Shown piece after piece: positions 10,101-21,200 of a DNA stretch of 64,000 nt; the first letter of the stretch is position 1, and every line of letters begins with the position of its first letter. Position numbers and translations under genes: made by a program. Source of the stretch: Candidatus Omnitrophota bacterium (GTDB lineage Bacteria > Omnitrophota > Gorgyraeia > B26-G9 > JBDRCZ01); the NCBI GenBank assembly GCA_043821285.1, contig JBDRCZ010000027.1, forward strand, positions 18,988 through 82,987, read 5' to 3'. Below the pieces are notes generated by a model. It made no database searches and was not told where the DNA came from. It saw only the letters and a program-made list of their open reading frames with translations.

Positions 10101-11834
10101 ATGGCAGAGAGACGAAATATAACGACTTTAAAGGAGATGCTCTATACAATCGGCCGCAGATATGCAGGTAAAATTGCCTTACAGGAAAAGAAGTCCACAG
10201 GTTACAATAAGATTTATTACCAGCAAATGTTACGTGCCGCGCGCACCCTTACCACCAGACTGATTGGGCTGGGGTTAAAAAAAACCGAACGCGTTGCCCT
10301 GATTTGTGAGAACAGGCCGGAATGGGCGATAGTTTTTTTTGCGGTGGTATCCAGCGGTGGAGTTGCCGTGCCGCTGGATACGAAGCAGACAGAAGCAGAA
10401 CTGGTAAATCGCATCAGACACTGTGAAGCAAAGATCATTTTTGTCGACGAAGAGCTTTTTTTAGTATTGGATAAACTGCGCAGTAGTCTGCCCTTTGTTG
10501 AAACGGTGATTACCTTAACCGCGAAACGTATGCGGGAGGAAATATTATGTTTGGAAGAGATGCTCCAGAAAACAACCGAGTATCTCGAACGTGACGTTTA
10601 TCCTGATGATGTTGCCTTGATGGTTTATACCTCGGGCACAACGAGTATTATAAAGGCCGCGGAGCTAACACATGCTAATTTGATGTTTGAGATTTGGACA
10701 ATTGATAAAGTGCTGAATTTTGTGGAAAATGACCGCTTCCTGTCGATTTTACCACTGCATCACTCTTTTGAAATAACCGGCGGGCTGCTGGCGCCGCTTT
10801 TGTGCGGGGCAAGTGTTACCTACAATCTGCAGGTTCTGAAATCCCAGGAACTAATCACGACAATGTGTCAAATACGGGCAACGATTATTCTAACCGTCCC
10901 GCTGTTGTTGCGTAAACTTTATGGCCGTATGGTAAAAAATATTAAAAATCTGCCTTGGCCAAAAAAAATGGGTTTTTATTTTTTGTATTGGGTGGCAAAG
11001 GGGTTTAGCCGATTGAACATCTATCCGGGGAGGCGTTTGTTTCGCAGTTTACATAAAACATTTGGCGGAGAACTAAGGGCATTTATCAGCGGAGCCGCGC
11101 CGCTCGATCCGGCAATCATTAAAACGTTTGAAATTTTAGGAGTTACCGTACTGCAGGGCTATGGACTGACAGAAACATCGCCGGTTATTGCGGTGAATAC
11201 GTTTATGAAAAATCGTATTGGCTCGGTGGGGGAGCCGCTGCCAGGGGTTAAAGTAAAAATATTGCCTTTACCCGGGCATGCCGGCGGCGAGATTCTTACC
11301 CGCGGCCCGCACATTATGAAAGGATATTTTAGAAATAAAGAATTAACCAGTGAGGTAATCAGAGACGGCTGGTTTTATACCGGTGACATTGGCCGGCTTG
11401 ACCGGCACGGACATCTTTATATTTTAGGGCGGGTAAAAAATTTGATTGTAACCGGTGTTGGCAAAAAGGTGTATCCGGAAGAAGTAGAAGAAGAAATTTT
11501 AAAAAGTCCCTATATTAAGGAACTCTGCGTGATGGGGAGGGTTCGCAGAGACGAACATAAAAAAGGCAGCGAAGACGTCTATGCGGTTATTGTGCCGGAT
11601 CTTGACTATTTTAAGGAACATAATGCCAACACTGATTGCGGTAATATACGCGAGGTGATTTCCCGGGAGATAAAAAAATACCGCAGCAATTTATCAAAAT
11701 ACAAGTGGATTAAAGATTTTGATATTGTATTAGAGGAACTGCCAAAAACGAATACCCGTAAGATCGTGCGGTCTAAAGTGGCGGAGATGATTGGGAAGCA
11801 AATTAGACCACAGACTGCAGACCATAGACCATAG
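10101..11834 (+). CDS. AMP-dependent synthetase/ligase (long-chain fatty-acid--CoA ligase-like)
   Basis: AMP-binding motif YTSGTTS. Also GYGLTETS and the hinge region YTGDIGRLDRHGHLYILGR. An SD GAGGAAG sits 4 nt upstream of the ATG. Confidence 0.9.
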   Translation: MAERRNITTLKEMLYTIGRRYAGKIALQEKKSTGYNKIYYQQMLRAARTLTTRLIGLGLKKTERVALICENRPEWAIVFFAVVSSGGVAVPLDTKQTEAELVNRIRHCEAKIIFVDEELFLVLDKLRSSLPFVETVITLTAKRMREEILCLEEMLQKTTEYLERDVYPDDVALMVYTSGTTSIIKAAELTHANLMFEIWTIDKVLNFVENDRFLSILPLHHSFEITGGLLAPLLCGASVTYNLQVLKSQELITTMCQIRATIILTVPLLLRKLYGRMVKNIKNLPWPKKMGFYFLYWVAKGFSRLNIYPGRRLFRSLHKTFGGELRAFISGAAPLDPAIIKTFEILGVTVLQGYGLTETSPVIAVNTFMKNRIGSVGEPLPGVKVKILPLPGHAGGEILTRGPHIMKGYFRNKELTSEVIRDGWFYTGDIGRLDRHGHLYILGRVKNLIVTGVGKKVYPEEVEEEILKSPYIKELCVMGRVRRDEHKKGSEDVYAVIVPDLDYFKEHNANTDCGNIREVISREIKKYRSNLSKYKWIKDFDIVLEELPKTNTRKIVRSKVAEMIGKQIRPQTADHRP

Positions 11835-12097
11835 ACCAAAACCACAGACGATGCAAATACTTGACCTGATAAAAAAGATAAAGATAAAGCCACGGATTTG
11901 CACGGATTGAACACGGATAAAGAAAGACTAAGCGCAGGGAAAAATTATCATAGAATTGTTTCTGCTGGAGTCAAGAATATGCTATAATATTATTACGAAT
12001 AAAATAATATTCCTTTTAGTTCGACAGGGGTATCGTTATAGAGAGAATAAAAATCTATGGTATAATATTTGTAATAGATTTAGGAGGCAAAAAACTA

Positions 12098-12324
12098 TGA
12101 CTGTTCAAGCACAACAAGTACTAAAAAAAGCTTTGTTGTTACCACCTATAGAACGGGCAGAACTAATTGAGAGAATTTTTAACAGTTTTGATTATCGCGG
12201 CAAAGACAACTTTGATGCTTTATGGGGCAAGGAAGCAGAAGCAAGAATTGACGCTTTCGAAAAGGGGAAATTAAAAGCTATTTCTGCAAAAAAAGTATTC
12301 CAAAAAATTGAAAAGATTAAATAA
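12098..12324 (+). CDS. Putative addiction-module antitoxin component (TIGR02574-like), orphan
   Basis: The ORF track starts at 11956. The SD AGGAGG sits at 12084-12089, and the ATG at 12098 gives a 75-aa product. Its pattern, LLPPIERAELIERIF ... D ... AEARIDAFEKGK, matches the family. No RelE/ParE-like partner is found downstream. Confidence 0.6.
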
Positions 12325-12501
12325 TGTTTCGGATACAATGCTATGCGAAAAGAGTATGATTTTTCAAAAGTTTAATGGATAAAAAAATTCTGGTGATGCG
12401 AAACATCATACAACCGGCAAAGTAGTCTCTGGTCTTGTGTACCAAGACAGGTGGGTGTAAGGAATTTTTTTATTGCGAAGCAAAAATAAGGGGGTGGGAT
12501 T

Positions 12502-12756
12502 ATGGCAGAGGAAAAATTAGGTGTGGTGGAACATTATTTTGGGCACATCTTTGTGGCAGCGATTAAGTTAGAAAAAGATCTTAAAGTTGGCGATACAATC
12601 CACATCAAAGGACATACCACCGATTTTACCCAGCCTATCGAATCGATACAAATTGAGCACAACATTGTAGACAAGGCTGGTAAAGGAGATGATGTTGGCA
12701 TTAAAGTGAAAGAACATGTACGGGTACATGACCTGGTGTACAAAGTAACGGACTAA
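12502..12756 (+). CDS. Small hypothetical protein with an EF-Tu domain-II-like beta-barrel signature
   Basis: 84 aa. Excellent SD, AAGGGGGTGGG. Segments VGDTIHIKGH ... GDDVGIKV resemble the translation-factor beta-barrel fold. Confidence 0.4.
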   Translation: MAEEKLGVVEHYFGHIFVAAIKLEKDLKVGDTIHIKGHTTDFTQPIESIQIEHNIVDKAGKGDDVGIKVKEHVRVHDLVYKVTD

Positions 12757-12827
12757 GTTACAGTATCTCGTTGCTAGTATCCCGTATCTAGTAAAAAACA
12801 CGAGATACCAGATACGAGATACGAAAA

Positions 12828-13223
12828 ATGAAAGAACACATAACCAAACTACGCGTGCGTTATGCGGAGACGGACCAGATGGGCATTGTTTATTATGCTA
12901 ATTATTTTATCTGGTTCGAAGTGGCGCGGGTGGAATTTTTGCGCCGCGCCGGTATTGCCTATAAACAATTAGAACACGATGGGATGTATTTAATTGTTAC
13001 GAAGGCTGCCTGCCACTATCGCGCGCCGGCGCTTTATGATGATACGATTATTGTAAAAACAACAGTTGCTGATTATAAAAATACAAGTTTTAATTTTGTA
13101 TACAAAGTGCAAAATTCCTCGGGAAAAATTTTAGCCGAAGGAGAAACTGCACATGTTTTTGTAAATAAGCGAAGAAAACCGGTAAAAATACCGGATAATA
13201 TAAAAAATATAATTTTCAGTTAG
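12828..13223 (+). CDS. Acyl-CoA thioesterase, YbgC/FadM (4HBT hot-dog) family
   Basis: RVRYAETDQMGIVYYANYFIWFEVAR is the hallmark N-terminal motif of YbgC-type thioesterases. Confidence 0.85.
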   Translation: MKEHITKLRVRYAETDQMGIVYYANYFIWFEVARVEFLRRAGIAYKQLEHDGMYLIVTKAACHYRAPALYDDTIIVKTTVADYKNTSFNFVYKVQNSSGKILAEGETAHVFVNKRRKPVKIPDNIKNIIFS

Positions 13224-13227
13224 TAAA

Positions 13228-13268
13228 ATAAATATTTTTTGTCTGAAGACAAAAAATATTTTTATTTA
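13228..13268 (+). terminator. Rho-independent terminator (perfect 14-bp stem AAATATTTTTTGTC / GACAAAAAATATTT, loop TGAA, T-run)
   Basis: The palindrome and T-tract are seen directly in the sequence, immediately after the thioesterase stop. Confidence 0.75.
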
Positions 13269-13272
13269 CTCT

Positions 13273-13305
13273 TGACAAAAAAAAATTGCTATGATAATAT
13301 TAATT
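13273..13305 (+). promoter_or_regulatory. Sigma70-like promoter (TTGACA - 17 bp - TGATAATAT)
   Basis: The -35 is TTGACA at 13273-13278, with an extended -10 TGATAATAT 17 bp downstream. It sits upstream of the ATP-grasp/kamA operon. Confidence 0.5.
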
Positions 13306-13489
13306 TAAAGTATAGAAATTTTTTCTTTTGGATACCTTTTCTTTTTTAAAAGAAAAGATAGGTGCTAAATTAATGACGCAGGTAGTAATTTAAAAGGAGG
13401 TTTTTAAAACGGCCAATATTTTCTAACTTATGAGGACTTGAAAATAGTCTTTTTTTGTATGAATTTGCCGTTGATTGAGGAGATAAAAA

Positions 13490-14485
13490 TTGAGCAAAAC
13501 CGTCGGGGTAGCCTACGATTTAAAAAGCGACTATGTTTTAAAAGATAGCGATCCTGGTGATTATAATGCGGAGCTTGATTATGAAGAAACAATCGATGAC
13601 ATTTGCGCTGCATTATCGAGCGGCGGACATTGTCCGGTAAAACTCGGCAGCAGTAGAAAAATAATCAAAAATATATCCTGCCTAAAAAAGATAGATATTG
13701 TGTTTAATATTTGCGAAGGGATTGGCGGCCGCAACCGTGAATCAGAGATGCCGGTTATCCTCGAGATGTTAAACATCCCATATGTTGGGGCAGACGGACT
13801 TACCCTGGGGCTAACCTTAGATAAAACACTTACCAAAAAGATATTACAATGCGAATCCATCCTTACACCGCGCTTTATCGAAGTACGCAATCCAGAGACG
13901 ATTAAGAAAAACGGATTGCGTTACCCGTTAATTGTAAAACCGTGCCATGAAGGCTCAAGTAAAGGGATAAGCGAAAAGTCAATTGTAAATAATTTTAAAG
14001 AATTAAGACAGCAGACGGACTGGCTGATTAAACGCTACCGGCAGCCGGCGCTGGTTGAGGAATTTATCGAAGGGATGGAGTTTACCGTCCCGGTTATTGG
14101 CAATAATCCGCCGCAGGCGCTTCCCGTTGTCCAGATTGAAATAGAAAATAAATTAAACCTTGGCAGATTATTTTATACCAACGCCCATATACATTCTAAT
14201 TGTTTAAAATACCGATGTCCGGCAAAAATTTCACCGCAATTAAAACAAAAACTTCAAACAATTGCCGTACGTACTTATCAGGCGGTTGAGTGCCGGGATT
14301 TTGGCCGGGTAGATTTTCGGGTAGATAATAATGGACGGCCGTATGTCTTGGAAATTAATCCCCTGCCGGCGCTTTCAATATTAGACGTGTTTAATATTGC
14401 GCCGCAGCAAATAGGCATGACCTATAAAGAGATTATTAACCGGATATTAAATGCCGCATTAAAGCGGACAGGTTTATGTGATTAA
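13490..14485 (+). CDS. ATP-grasp enzyme, D-alanine--D-alanine ligase family
   Basis: TTG start codon, with SD GAGGAG 7 nt upstream. The N-terminal pre-ATP-grasp region and C-terminal ATP-grasp motifs (VEEFIEGMEFTV, E ... N) align with Ddl-like ligases. Confidence 0.8.
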   Translation: MSKTVGVAYDLKSDYVLKDSDPGDYNAELDYEETIDDICAALSSGGHCPVKLGSSRKIIKNISCLKKIDIVFNICEGIGGRNRESEMPVILEMLNIPYVGADGLTLGLTLDKTLTKKILQCESILTPRFIEVRNPETIKKNGLRYPLIVKPCHEGSSKGISEKSIVNNFKELRQQTDWLIKRYRQPALVEEFIEGMEFTVPVIGNNPPQALPVVQIEIENKLNLGRLFYTNAHIHSNCLKYRCPAKISPQLKQKLQTIAVRTYQAVECRDFGRVDFRVDNNGRPYVLEINPLPALSILDVFNIAPQQIGMTYKEIINRILNAALKRTGLCD

Positions 14486-14506
14486 AAACATGCTCCGGAC
14501 CGGCAT

Positions 14507-15745
14507 ATGTTTTTAATTAGAAAGGGGGTAGATTTGGCGCAGGATGGCACATGGAAACGTTTAAGCATGTGGGAAGGGATTAGTGAGGAGGAATGGAATG
14601 ACTGGCGCTGGCAATTAAAAAATAGGATTACCACTGCCGAGCAGCTTAAGAAAATAATTACGCTTACCCCGGAAGAAGAAGAGGGGATTAAGCACTCAGG
14701 CGGACGGCTTTCAATGGCAATTACGCCGTATTTTGCGCAATTAATTGACCCGGACAAACCTTATTGCCCTTTGCGGCGCCAAGCAGTTCCGGCTAAAGAG
14801 GAATTTATCATCGGGCCCAATGACCGGGATGATCCTTTAGCCGAGGAACAGGATTCTCCGGTCAAGAACCTTGTGCATCGCTATCCGGATAGGGTGTTGG
14901 TGTTAGCAACGGATCAATGCGCGATGTATTGCCGGCATTGTACGCGGCGCCGGATGGTTGGGGTGGAAGAACAGGAAATAACCCCGCTTGACTTAACTAA
15001 AATCTGTGATTATTTAAAATCAAACCGGAAAATCAGAGACGTTTTACTCTCAGGAGGCGACCCTTTACTTTTGCCCGATGAGCGGCTTGAAGAAGTCCTT
15101 AAATCGATAAAATCCGTTTCCAACATAGACTTTTTACGCATTGGTACAAGAGTACCAGTAACCCTGCCGCAGCGGATTACCGAGGACCTGATTAATATAT
15201 TGAAAAAATATTCGCCGATATGGCTGTCTATTCACTTTAATCATCCGAAAGAAATCACTAAATCCTGCAAGCGTGCCTGTGACCTGCTTTCTGACGCAGG
15301 GATTCCTCTGGGCAGCCAGACGGTGCTCTTACACGGCATAAATGATCGGCTCTATATCATGAAGAAGCTGATGCAGGAACTTTTAAAAATCCGGGTACGG
15401 CCATATTATATTTATCAGTGCGATATGGCCAAAGGTATCGGACATTTTAGAACGTCTGTTGCCTGCGGTTACAGTATAATCGAGAAAATGCGCGGGCATA
15501 CTTCTGGTTATGCGGTCCCGACATATGTGATTGATGCCCCCGGCGGCGGAGGGAAAATTCCGCTGATGCCGGATTATCTGACATATCAGGCAAAGGGGAC
15601 ATTCTACCTGCGTAATTATGAAGGCAAGGTTTATGCCTATACCGAGGAGCCGGATAGAGTAAGTCCGCAGCTCAAAAAAGATATAGAAGAAATAATCCCA
15701 GAAGAAATAAAGGTAGCTACGGCAGATGCGGAGAAAATAAAATAG
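14507..15745 (+). CDS. kamA: Lysine 2,3-aminomutase (KamA-family radical SAM enzyme)
   Basis: CAMYCRHCTRRR contains the CxxxCxxC radical-SAM cluster motif. The N-terminal EEWNDWRWQLKNRIT and the overall length are typical of KamA/AblA. An alternative start is the TTG at 14534, after an SD AAGGGGGT. Confidence 0.85.
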   Translation: MFLIRKGVDLAQDGTWKRLSMWEGISEEEWNDWRWQLKNRITTAEQLKKIITLTPEEEEGIKHSGGRLSMAITPYFAQLIDPDKPYCPLRRQAVPAKEEFIIGPNDRDDPLAEEQDSPVKNLVHRYPDRVLVLATDQCAMYCRHCTRRRMVGVEEQEITPLDLTKICDYLKSNRKIRDVLLSGGDPLLLPDERLEEVLKSIKSVSNIDFLRIGTRVPVTLPQRITEDLINILKKYSPIWLSIHFNHPKEITKSCKRACDLLSDAGIPLGSQTVLLHGINDRLYIMKKLMQELLKIRVRPYYIYQCDMAKGIGHFRTSVACGYSIIEKMRGHTSGYAVPTYVIDAPGGGGKIPLMPDYLTYQAKGTFYLRNYEGKVYAYTEEPDRVSPQLKKDIEEIIPEEIKVATADAEKIK

Positions 15746-15794
15746 AAAATAGAGAGAGATTTATTCTTAGGAACAAAGAAGGCCGGCAAGATTT

Positions 15795-16871
15795 GTGCTG
15801 CTGCCTGCATTTTACGCCATGAATATTGGCATTATTGGGCTTCCTCAGTCGGGGAAGTCCATTTTATTTGAACTGCTTACCGGGGTCACGGGGGCGGGGC
15901 AAAAAACCGAGACCAACATAGGAGTAGTTCATGTCCCTGACGGCCGGCTTAATAAACTCTGTGAGCTTTTCCCCGGCAAAAAAAATATCCCTGCCGAGAT
16001 AAAAATCATAGATATTGGCGGAGTAAAACAAAAGACTAAAGACGTCTTAGATGCTGCGGCCTTAAAGGATACGGATGCATTTTTAGAGGTACTGCGCAAA
16101 TTTGGCGATCCTACCGTGGCTCATCCTCTGGGTAAAATTTCCCCGGCAGCCGACGCTAAGAATTTAGAAATGAGCATGATTATAACCGATTTAGAGCTGG
16201 CCACTTCCTGTGTTGAGCGAATAAACAAGGAAGTTTCAAAAGGCAGAAAAGAACGCGAGAGAGAGCTTGAGGTTTTAATCCTCTGCCGCAGTTTTTTGGA
16301 GAAAGAAAAACCGCTGCGGGAAATCGTGCTGGACACAGATCAGGAGAAACTAATCCGCGGGTATAAATTTTTAAGCATCAAGCCGAAGATGCTGCTGGTC
16401 AATGTTGGTGAGGACGAAATTACCTCACCGCTACCAGCGGAACTGATTAACTATGCCAGGCAGCGGCAGCTGCTAATAACCAAGAGTTGTGTAAAGATAG
16501 AATTTGAAATCAGCAAACTTACCGCAGCCGAGCAGAAGGATTTTTTCGAGGATGCAAAAATCTCAGAGCCGGCAAGAGAAGCAGTGATTAAAAATTGCTT
16601 TAAGACTTTAAAGCAAATAAATTTTTTCACTATTGGGAAAAACGAAATTAAGGCTTGGACCGTACAAGAAGGGATGACTGCTCTAGAGGCGGCGGGAAAG
16701 ATTCATACGGACATCCAGCGCGGCTTTATTAAAGCCGAGGTAATAAATTTTAAAGAATTTATTGAATTTAATTCCCGGCATACGGCCAGAGCCGCAGGCA
16801 ACTTACGCCTTGAAGGACGTAAATATAAAATCATCGACGGGGATATTGTTGAATTTAAGTTTAACATATAA
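15795..16871 (+). CDS. ychF: Ribosome-binding ATPase YchF (Obg-family GTPase with TGS domain)
   Basis: The G1 motif is GIIGLPQSGKS. The C-terminal TGS domain has the pattern FFT ... KAWT ... G ... A ... AGKIHTDIQRGFI. The ORF track starts at GTG 15795; the ATG at 15819 (MNIGIIG) is an alternative start. Confidence 0.9.
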   Translation: MLLPAFYAMNIGIIGLPQSGKSILFELLTGVTGAGQKTETNIGVVHVPDGRLNKLCELFPGKKNIPAEIKIIDIGGVKQKTKDVLDAAALKDTDAFLEVLRKFGDPTVAHPLGKISPAADAKNLEMSMIITDLELATSCVERINKEVSKGRKERERELEVLILCRSFLEKEKPLREIVLDTDQEKLIRGYKFLSIKPKMLLVNVGEDEITSPLPAELINYARQRQLLITKSCVKIEFEISKLTAAEQKDFFEDAKISEPAREAVIKNCFKTLKQINFFTIGKNEIKAWTVQEGMTALEAAGKIHTDIQRGFIKAEVINFKEFIEFNSRHTARAAGNLRLEGRKYKIIDGDIVEFKFNI

Positions 16872-16919
16872 AAAATAATATGAAGACAGCCCGCAGCAGG
16901 ATAGCGGGGGAGATTCATC

Positions 16920-17462
16920 ATGAAAAGACTTATTATATTATTACTAATTATTAATATATGTGGCTGCAGCCGGGTTGATCAGCAAAAAGAAATCGCGGGG
17001 GTTTTGGCGGAGGATCCGGGATTTAGTGCGGTGCTGGAGAGGAAGAAATATCTAGACCGTGAGCTGAAAAAAATCAAAGAAGAATGTGTGCAAAAACATA
17101 AGCTTATAAACACCCAGATCAGCGCGCTGCAGAAAAAAAAGTCCACCTGTGACAGGTATCTATCCATGCGCATAAAACAGCTAAACGCTGAAATTACCCA
17201 TGAGCGTAGTAAAATACGCGTTGAGCTAAAAAACATTGCAAAAAATCTTGCGGAGAAAAGACAAAAATCTAACAGCATAAACAACATAATTTTTAACACC
17301 CAGCAAGTGCTAAAAGGCACAGAAAAAGTTAGTGAAAAAAGGAGATTAGAGAGAGAAATTGTCCATAACCGAAAAATTCTTGAGAAATTGAAGACAGAAA
17401 CAAACGAATTAAAAAACGCCGCGAAACTTTTCAAAACCAAACTGCGGCTGCTTAAGAGATGA
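16920..17462 (+). CDS. Lipoprotein, coiled-coil, unknown function
   Basis: Signal peptide plus lipobox (LIINICG-C). The rest is a Lys/Glu-rich coiled coil. Confidence 0.55.
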   Translation: MKRLIILLLIINICGCSRVDQQKEIAGVLAEDPGFSAVLERKKYLDRELKKIKEECVQKHKLINTQISALQKKKSTCDRYLSMRIKQLNAEITHERSKIRVELKNIAKNLAEKRQKSNSINNIIFNTQQVLKGTEKVSEKRRLEREIVHNRKILEKLKTETNELKNAAKLFKTKLRLLKR

Positions 17463-18250
17463 AGTTAGTGTATTACGGTTCAATAAACCAATCATTAAGA
17501 ATGGACAAAAGTATATCCAGCCGCAAGATGCGGGGTAAATTTTCTTTCCTTCACGAAGGACAGGTGAAATATTTTCTCCACGCGCCACGGACACGACAAA
17601 CATGGACAAGGTAAGAGGGATGGAATAAAATAAAGATATGATCAGACCATATTATTGTTATCATATCTCCAGCCGTGGAGACCGCAGATGCAACAATTGG
17701 GATAACAGTGAAAAATAAGTTTTATATTGATTTATGGAAAAAATTAGCTAAAGGTGCAAATAAAACATTAATCGTAACTGTACATAGATAACTTTCTTCT
17801 TTACCCCCGTTAGAAGAGGATAAATGAAATTCTCTCCCGACAAGGGTTATAGTCTCTAAAGCATTATTTTTTAACCACAGATAGCACGGAAACTTGGATA
17901 AATCTTTTTTGATATCTGTATAATTTGAGTTAGCTGTGGTCTTACTGCTTGTTATTATTAGGATTACAACAGCGTAAATATTTTTCTGCGACGATATATT
18001 TTAAGAAATATTTTAGTAAATTATATTGCAATAATTTAAACGATGAAATGAGCCAAACATCCGCTTTTTTATTTTTTCTGCAACTGGATTTTTGTATAGC
18101 ATTCGCCAGTCAAATTTACCAAGAAGCGAATTTAAAGTTTAATATATAAAAAATTTCTGCTGCTGTATCCCAGTATCACCTTGGCTTAATACCCAATAAT
18201 TTTGCTGCAGAGATAGTCAAGGTAAAGGAATTTTTTTATTCTGTAAACTA

Positions 18251-18279
18251 AAAAGCTGCCTAGAAGGCAGCTTTTTTCA
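18251..18279 (-). terminator. Rho-independent terminator overlapping the stop codon of the minus-strand hydrolase-CheR-TPR gene
   Basis: Hairpin AAAAGCTGCC-TAGAA-GGCAGCTTTT with flanking A/T runs. The stop codon TAG lies in the loop. Confidence 0.7.
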
Positions 18280-21200
18280 TTTTTTGCCAGAGTTCCTCAC
18301 ATTGCCCTAAGGTTATATAAGCCTCGGTGCCATAGATAGAATTTAGCTCTAACGCGCTATTCAGCCACTTGCGCGCTTCTTCAAGTGATATGCGGGCGTT
18401 ATTGTAATCGGCAAGTTCCTTATGTGCCAGGGCCTTTTTGTAGTAACAAAGACTAGTATTTAAATATAACTGGTACCGGTCACTTGTATCTAAACGTATT
18501 TTTTTGTAATCGTCGATCGCCGTGTCAAGATTGTGAACTGCATTTTCTATCTGTCCCAGTTCAATATCTACGATCCCGCGTTCATAGTAGAGACCCGCAA
18601 GTAAATTGTATCCATGAACTGAAGTTTTTAGGGCAAGGGATTTATCTGCATTTTGTTTTGCTAAATCAAAATATTGTTTGGCCTGATGATAGTTATTATC
18701 GGCACAAAGCAATTTGGCATAATTTAGATAGGTCTTTCCCAGCTCATTGTAGATGTAATAAAAATTAGGATTTTGATTAAGCGCCTTTTGTAGATAAACA
18801 ATTGCCTGATTAATGCTCGTTTTAGCTTGAGCTAAATCGCCTTTTTTGCTGTATAAATTCGCCTTATGCGATGATAAAATCCCTAAGAACAGATAGGCCG
18901 GATATTGTCTCGGAAGAAGTTCTCGTGCTGCTTTTGTTATCTCTATTGCCTCGGCATTTGTTTCTATTTTACCTAACCCTTTTTGAAGATGTTTGTTCAG
19001 GGCTTCGATAATTTTATGGTAGTATAGCTTCTCTTTTTTGTTTCGCAATAACTGAACATAGGTCTTGTAATAATCAACTGATAGCGGATTTATATCCAGT
19101 GCAGTTTCCAGATATTTACGGGCTGATTTTTTGTCATCAGCATGCAGGTGGAGCACGGCTAACTGCGCCGAGATTTCAGAAGAAAAAGGATAAAGCTTCT
19201 CGGCCTCATGCAAGGTAGCAATTGCCTTTTCTAAGTTGCCCGAATGTAAACAGGTAAACGCAAGATAGAAATACAGGTCTATGGTCGGATTTTGTTTTAA
19301 TCTTTCCGTATAGAGTTTGATTAACGCCTCAGAATTATCCGTTTCATAAAACTTTTGTGAAAGCAGATGATTTATTCTAAAAAACCGCGCGTAGATGTTG
19401 TGATTATAAAAAGAGCCAATGTCGTATTGCGTATCAGTTAGAATAAGCAGTCCACCGGTATTTAACACCTTAAACACCTTATCGATATTTTTGTCTACTT
19501 CTTCACGGTCAATATACATCAACACATTCTGAACACTGACTAAATCATACGGCGGCGCAAATTGTTTGGGTAAATTATTCGGCAGATCATCAAGAATATT
19601 CTGCACCTTAAAATCAATGTGTTGTTTAAAAAATACCAAATCTTTTATCCGGTACCCGCGGTCGCTTTTAACGAAATATTTTAAAAGCCGTTGTTGTATC
19701 TGTTCAGGCAGACGGAGAAAATAATCTTCCTGAAAGTCCATCTCGCGGGCAATATCAATTACCTGAGGGTTGTAGTCCGTGGCAAGAATATAGAAGTCTC
19801 GAATCCCATGTTCCAGCAGCTCAATCGCAAAAGTTATCGCTTCCTGTCCGGTAGAACAGGCAAACACCTTAATTTTCAGGGGACGGTCTTCTTGTTTTGC
19901 CTGAGAGGTAAGTTGCGGTAAATATTTTATAAATTCTTTCAGGTCAGCCCAGTTACGGTAAAAATAGGTGCTGCTTAGGGTATAGAATTTTACCGTGAGC
20001 GTAAGAAGTAATTTATCATCTATTTTACCCAGCCGCACAATCCCATTGGACAAGAGATAATTATTTAAATTATCGCTCAATTGTTTTTTATCTATGCTGC
20101 TTAGTTCAGTAAAAAAGACACTCTTATAACGCTGCCTTATTCTCTGTTTTAACACGTCGTAGGTATACGGAGACAGGGTATTATTTTCCAGAGCCGCGAG
20201 GTATGTTTTTAGCGCCGTCTCTACCGCCTTGACCGGCCAGACCGCAGAATCGACATGCCCTAATGCATAGAGTAATGTTTTTAATTTCTCCGGTGATTGA
20301 ATCAAAAAATATAAGTCATATAGTTTCCCGTCGTTTATTTTATATCGCAAAAAAGGTTTGTTAAAGAATTTGAGTAAATGTTCATTCAATAGCTCAAAAT
20401 CAGAGACAAATTCTTCATCGCCTAATACCGCCGAGGCGGTATAACTGTCAATCGGACGCGTTAGGTCAAAGAGAAGATTGTAAGGGTTGGTAACTGCAGT
20501 GTCCGGGGATTTTTTAAGCTGTCTTTTTGCCAAATTACTGCCTAAACCGGCAAGGATATTAATGGCATTTTCACAAGCAACGAGTTCTTTGAGCAAGGCG
20601 GGATCAGAACATAATTTTTCCACAAATTCTATTGGGTCATTATCCGTGTAGGCGGTAATTGAGGGGGGGAAAATAGGATTTTTGTTGTGTAAATTATCGT
20701 TAAGCTGTGTAATTATTTCATTCTCAATTTCTGACTTAACGTCGGAAAGGAATAATCTAGTGCCGTGACCCTTTTCATTATAGACCTTTAGCCTTTTTTT
20801 GCCAGGATATGCGGTGAAAAATTTTTTACCAGATGTATAATTAAAATCCGTTTCTTCTAAAAATACTAAAATCGGGATGTCTTTTTTAGATAGCTTTGGC
20901 AAATCACGGCTTAGGTCTACCCCTAAATAGTTCATTGCCGGAGATAAGAGCGCAATCGAACGAATATGCTCGGAGACGGTGGCAAGTTTTATTGCGACCG
21001 AACACCCTAAACTACCGCCAATAAGGCCGATACGCTGGACATCTACATTATCCTGCTGGAGTAAAAAATTTTCTGCTGCCAGGGCATCATTAACCATTTC
21101 ACTGTACACCGCGTACTTAAACTTTTTCCAGTGAATATTTTTTTCTTTGCCATTTTTTTCTCTTTTTATGATGCTTTCCCCATGCCCGCGCAGATCAATA

